Assembly (NCBI GenBank): GCA_964016885.1
Contig: OZ024743.1
Location: 203,174,001-203,238,000 of the forward strand
DNA length: 64,000 nucleotides
DNA from: Eledone cirrhosa
Taxonomy: Eukaryota
Reading direction: 5' to 3'
Shown piece by piece: positions 58,727 to 64,000 of this stretch. The stretch's first letter is position 1; each line of letters starts with the position of its first letter. A program made the translations under genes and the position numbers. The notes beneath the pieces are model-generated. The model was not told where the DNA came from. It saw nothing but the letters and a program-made list of their open reading frames with translations, and did not search any database.

Positions 58727-59153
58727 TCCTGTCTGGCTCTCTGGAGAATAGAGGAAATGTGTTTCCTTGAAAACTCGTATGACTCTAAAACCCGGTCCGT
58801 CTGTGTGGTTACATACAGACTAGCTGGACACTCACTGTAAAGTGTCTAGTGAAAAACTCAGTACATGTACATATGTATACATGTGTGTATGTATATGCAT
58901 ACTAGTACTTCCGTATACATATGTAGATGTACACTTTAACTTAATTATTTAAGCGTCAGTCATACAAAAGTGAGTTAGAAGCGAAACGAAATTTTATTTC
59001 GTTTCGTTATTTGTTTTTATCGTTTCCGCTGAACCGGTGCGTACAATGACTCACGTTCTATGCAAATTAGTCTACCCACTACTAATTTTCATAGAAAAAG
59101 CATATAACGATATGTGCTTTTACAATTCTCTAGAGAAGCCGGAAGATGGGTAT

Positions 59154-59196
59154 ATATTGCTGATGAGATGTAATAACATCGAAACTAGTCCAATAT
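59154..59196 (+). ncRNA. Minimal type I hammerhead ribozyme
   Basis: Identical to 58684-58726 (+470). Confidence 0.88.
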
Positions 59197-59623
59197 TCCT
59201 GTCTGGCTCTCTGGAGAATAGAGGAAATGTGTTTCCTTGAAAACTCGTATGACTCTAAAACCCGGTCCGTCTGTGTGGTTACATACAGACTAGCTGGAAA
59301 CTCACTGTAAAGTGTCTAGTGAAAAACTCAGTACATGTACATATGTATACATGTGTGTATTTATATGCATACTAGTACTTCCGTATACATATGTAGATGT
59401 ACACTTTAACTTAATTATTTAAGCGTCAGTCATACAAAAGTGAGTTAGAAGCGAAACGAAATTTTATTTCGTTTCGTTATTTGTTTTTATCGTTTCCGCT
59501 GAACCGGTGCGTACAATGACTCACGTTCTATGCAAATTAGTCTACCCACTACTAATTTTCATAGAAAAAGCATATAACGATATGTGCTTTTACAATTCTC
59601 TAGAGAAGCCGGAAGATGGGTAT

Positions 59624-59666
59624 ATATTGCTGATGAGATGTAATAACATCGAAACTAGTCCAATAT
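59624..59666 (+). ncRNA. Minimal type I hammerhead ribozyme
   Basis: Identical to 58684-58726 (+940). Confidence 0.88.
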
Positions 59667-60093
59667 TCCTGTCTGGCTCTCTGGAGAATAGAGGAAATGT
59701 GTTTCCTTGAAAACTCGTATGACTCTAAAACCCGGTCCGTCTGTGTGGTTACATACAGACTAGCTGGAAACTCACTGTAAAGTGTCTAGTGAAAAACTCA
59801 GTACATGTACATATGTATACATGTGTGTATTTATATGCATACTAGTACTTCCGTATACATATGTAGATGTACACTTTAACTTAATTATTTAAGCGTCAGT
59901 CATACAAAAGTGAGTTAGAAGCGAAACGAAATTTTATTTCGTTTCGTTATTTGTTTTTATCGTTTCCGCTGAACCGGTGCGTACAATGACTCACGTTCTA
60001 TGCAAATTAGTCTACCCACTACTAATTTTCATAGAAAAAGCATATAACGATATGTGCTTTTACAATTCTCTAGAGAAGCCGGAAGATTGGTAT

Positions 60094-60136
60094 ATATTGC
60101 TGATGAGATGTAATAACATCGAAACTAGTCCAATAT
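60094..60136 (+). ncRNA. Minimal type I hammerhead ribozyme
   Basis: Identical to 58684-58726 (+1410). Confidence 0.88.
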
Positions 60137-60806
60137 TCCTGTCTGGCTCTCTGGAGAATAGAGGAAATGTGTTTCCTTGAAAACTCGTATGACTCTAAAA
60201 CCCGGTCCGTCTGTGTGGTTACATACAGACTAGCTGGACACTCACTGTAAAGTGTCTAGTGAAAAACTCAGTACATGTACATATGTATACATGTGTGTAT
60301 TTATATGCATACTAGTACTTCCGTATACATATGTAGATGTACACTTTAACCTAATTATTTAAGCGTCAGTCATACAAAAGTGAGTTAGAAGCGAAACGAA
60401 ATTTAATTTCGTTTCGTTATTTGTTTTTATATATATATATATATACACCTAAATAACGTCGTTACGTTTTCGAATCATTCTACTAACCTTCAGCAAACAG
60501 TCTAAACCGAACGACAACCTGTACCCATAATTCCTGCCAAACCGTGCTAACCCTCCAAATTTGACTAATTAGACGAGGACAACCCATCCTCCCCAATTCT
60601 ACATACTTAACCGAACAGTGATAGCCAACTTGTGGGAAAGACAGTTGTTATTAAGCTGCATCTGTCATATTACTTAGTTTCTATATAATAAGGCTAAAGC
60701 TATTATTACATGAATAACCCAGTCTGTACTTTTTTTTAAATATATAACCGCATGCGCATCGAAGGCTCACATTGGTATCTCCACAAATTATTCACTAAAT
60801 CGCATA

Positions 60807-60877
<71 letters not shown>

Positions 60878-60934
60878 ACACACTCTCTCTCTCTCTCACT
60901 CTCTCTCTCTCTCTCTCTTTATATATATATATAT

Positions 60935-60972
<38 letters not shown>

Positions 60973-60991
60973 GTATATATATATATATTAT

Positions 60992-61499
60992 TATACATGG
61001 GGAGGGTCATATTGTTATAATAATATTGCCAGAATTAATAACAGAACACACTCACTGTTTGGTTGGTTTTCACTTCTGTATTTTTTATATCAGTTAATTC
61101 ATTCGGTCCTCAATGTTTACCATTGACTGACCACCGGTCAAAAATACAGATATAATATAGATAGAAACACATATATATATAGTCTAACAAAGTTCTTTCG
61201 TTGCACATCTGCAACATCGTCAGTGATGGCGTAGATATACAATAAAACAGGAGGAACATAATAGCAGCACTGACGATGTTGCAAATGTGCAACGAAAGAA
61301 CTTTGTTAGACTATATATATGTGTTTATATCTATATTATATCTGTATTTTTTACCGTTGGTCAGTCAATGGTAAACATTGAGGCCCGAATGAATTAACTG
61401 ATATAAAGCATACAGAAGCGAAAACCAACCAAACAGTGAGTGTGTTCTGTTATTAATTCTGGAAATATTTTTACAACAATATGACCCTCCCCAAGTATA
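60992..61499. repeat. ~233-bp-arm palindrome with hammerhead-like motif next to its centre
   Basis: Arms at 60992-61225 and 61268-61499 with a 42-nt spacer. Confidence 0.9.
61261..61314 (+). ncRNA. Minimal hammerhead-like motif
   Basis: atag.c.AGCA-CTGACGA-t.gttgca.aatg.tgcaac-GAAA-gaac-TT-TGTT.aga.ctat. Confidence 0.6.
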
Positions 61500-61621
61500 T
61501 TTGTTTCGACACACGATTTCATATCAAAATCATCGCAAATATATATTTATATATATACAAGCAAATTATAAACGTAAACATGTAAGTAGCTTTTTGAAAC
61601 AGTGCGCGAGTTTGAAATTAG

Positions 61622-61902
61622 AAATTAGAAAATATAAGCTTTCACCGTATTTTAGACTAAAGAAATTTCTAGCCTGATAGGGCGGTTTATAACCCTCGGA
61701 GAAATGGAAAAAGATGAGTATTGACGTACATGGGAGTCGAACCCACATCTTTGGTTATCCATGGTATGGATAACCAAAGATGTGCGTTCAACTCCCATGT
61801 ACGTCAATACTCATCTTTTTCCATTTCTCCGAGGGTTATAAAACCCACTATCAGGCTAGAAATTTCTTTAGTCTAAAATACGATGAAAGCTTATATTTTC
61901 TA

Positions 61903-61906
<4 letters not shown>
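61622..61906. repeat. ~141-bp-arm palindrome with tRNA-like B box
   Basis: 3-nt spacer at 61763-61765. The reverse complement of the left arm contains GTGGGTTCGACTCCCAT. Confidence 0.9.
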
Positions 61907-61938
<32 letters not shown>

Positions 61939-62154
61939 TGGTTGGAGTTTTGTGTAAACAGGATTACGGTGTCTCCTTTTGCGTTGTAAACAATTCGTTG
62001 GGAAAATATAGAGATATGTAAATGTGTAAAAATTATATATTAAAAAACGTCAGTGAAAATGTAATACAAATGACTTGAGTAGATTTACCTTTATATATTT
62101 AGCTATAGTTTTTACCCGGATTTTTCTTCTCAATAAAACGCAAATTGTAATAAT

Positions 62155-62336
62155 TGATTCTACTTTTTGGCACAAGGCCAGCAATTTCCCAGTACATTAG
62201 TGGTACTTTATTTTATCGACCCCGTAAGGATGAAAGGCAAAGTTAACTTCGGCGGGATTTGAACTCAGATCATAAAGGGACATAACTATGCTAGAAAGCA
62301 TGGCGTCTGACTCTCTACCGATACTGCCAATCCACT
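62155..62336 (-). mobile_element. SINE with 18-bp TSD
   Basis: TSD AACGCAAATTGTAATAAT at 62137-62154 and 62337-62354. Confidence 0.9.
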
Positions 62337-63472
62337 AACGCAAATTGTAATAATGACGGAATCATGTGTGAAATTATACAGAAACAACTGGTTTATGGGA
62401 GTGTATATGGGTGTGGGGTAGAACAGTATTTCTTAGTGTGTCTTGTGGTGTATGGCCTTGTGATATTTAATGTCTATGTATGTGTATGTCTGTTTATGTC
62501 GCTTGTTGTGTATATAAATGTTTGTGTGCTTGTGTGTGTGTGTGTGTTTGTATCTGACTAATTGTTTATGGAATGTCATCTTTTGAAGTGACTAATTTGT
62601 GTAGTTGTTCACTGAAAAGTTCTAAATGACTTTGTTGTTACATGTTTTGAATTGTCATCGTGGGATATATTTACCAAGGTCAATATCAACAGGTTTGCCT
62701 GAGGGCATATTTCCGGTAGTATCTTATGAGGAATGTGTTGGTTAGGAAGACAAGAAGTATATGAATAAATCTAACATGATGTTACCTTTCGCTACCGCAT
62801 GCCTAATGGAATACACTGTCTATGTGTTTAAACTAATTTATAAAGTATTAAGAAATTTAAGGAATTTAATATTAAAACCCACTTTGTCATCATGAATATG
62901 GTGTTTGAGGCATAACTTAATAAAACGATCTTATGTAAAATTATGTCGAAAGGATCTAATGTAACTAAAATCCCTTTCAAACGAGTAGTATTATGTTATA
63001 GAAGCAGGAATGATTTACCAGTTTATAGCATTAAGTAAAAAGAAAACGAAATACTAAGAGAGGGAAAGGCAGAAGGTTGAAGAGACAAACATAAACGTCA
63101 AGAAGGAAGGATGGAAAATAGGTTGAGAGAATGTAAATGTAATTCTATTTGGGAGAACAGAATGCAAGAATGTAAATATATATTTATTGGATTAACAAAT
63201 ATACTTAAAAACATGTTTATACATTCACATACGAACACAGATAGTGCAAATATAGAGACATACATGCATAAATACATTCATATAAGACGCATACATACAT
63301 TCATATAACACGCATACATACACGCATATACACATACATATATATACACGCGCACACATGTATATATATATATATATGCGTGCGTGTGTATATATATTTA
63401 CATATATACGATTTCTAAAATTAAATGAAAATACATAAACACTCATCGCTTCACTCATGTTCAATTAATGTT

Positions 63473-63950
<478 letters not shown>

Positions 63951-64000
63951 TAATAACTTGTGTGTTACACCTCTATTCTTTTAACTATATATATATATAT

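Larger units (their letters stand above)
58131..60430 (+). mobile_element. 470-bp tandem array with one hammerhead per unit (retrozyme / PLE terminal-repeat array) plus one inverted unit
   Basis: Inverted unit at 58131-58592 and ~3.9 direct units at 58589-60430 with period 470. Units are near-identical. (TA)n on both sides. Confidence 0.85.

Noticed and set aside
59037-60180. Repeated 67-aa ORF (MRTMTHVLCK...) as a tandem gene family
   Set aside because: It starts at GTG, has no recognisable motif and overlaps the ribozyme. It recurs only because the 470-bp unit repeats.
58589-60430. CRISPR array
   Set aside because: Whole units are near-identical with no unique spacers, there are no cas genes, and the context is eukaryotic.

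Overview
Repeat-saturated, AT-rich animal DNA with no recognisable host gene. The SINE family and the very dense (TA)n/(CA)n microsatellites suggest an octopod cephalopod, which is an inference. The window holds a decayed RTE LINE, two diverged L1/Tx1-type LINEs, Penelope-like elements (PLEs; RT plus C-terminal GIY-YIG, probably Hydra-type), a tRNA-derived SINE family, two non-autonomous Helitrons and mariner/Tc1/hAT remnants. The most notable signal is RNA structure. I folded by eye about 25 type-I hammerhead ribozyme (HHR) motifs (intact, variant or half) from more than ten apparently unrelated sequence families, nearly all in short (TA)n-flanked inserts. The clearest case is a very young non-coding 470-bp tandem array (58131-60430) with one perfect minimal HHR per unit plus an inverted unit, i.e. 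a retrozyme-like candidate that could produce circular RNA. Many of the other inserts are long fold-back palindromes whose inversion points sometimes fall inside the HHR. All folds were read manually and no searches were run.
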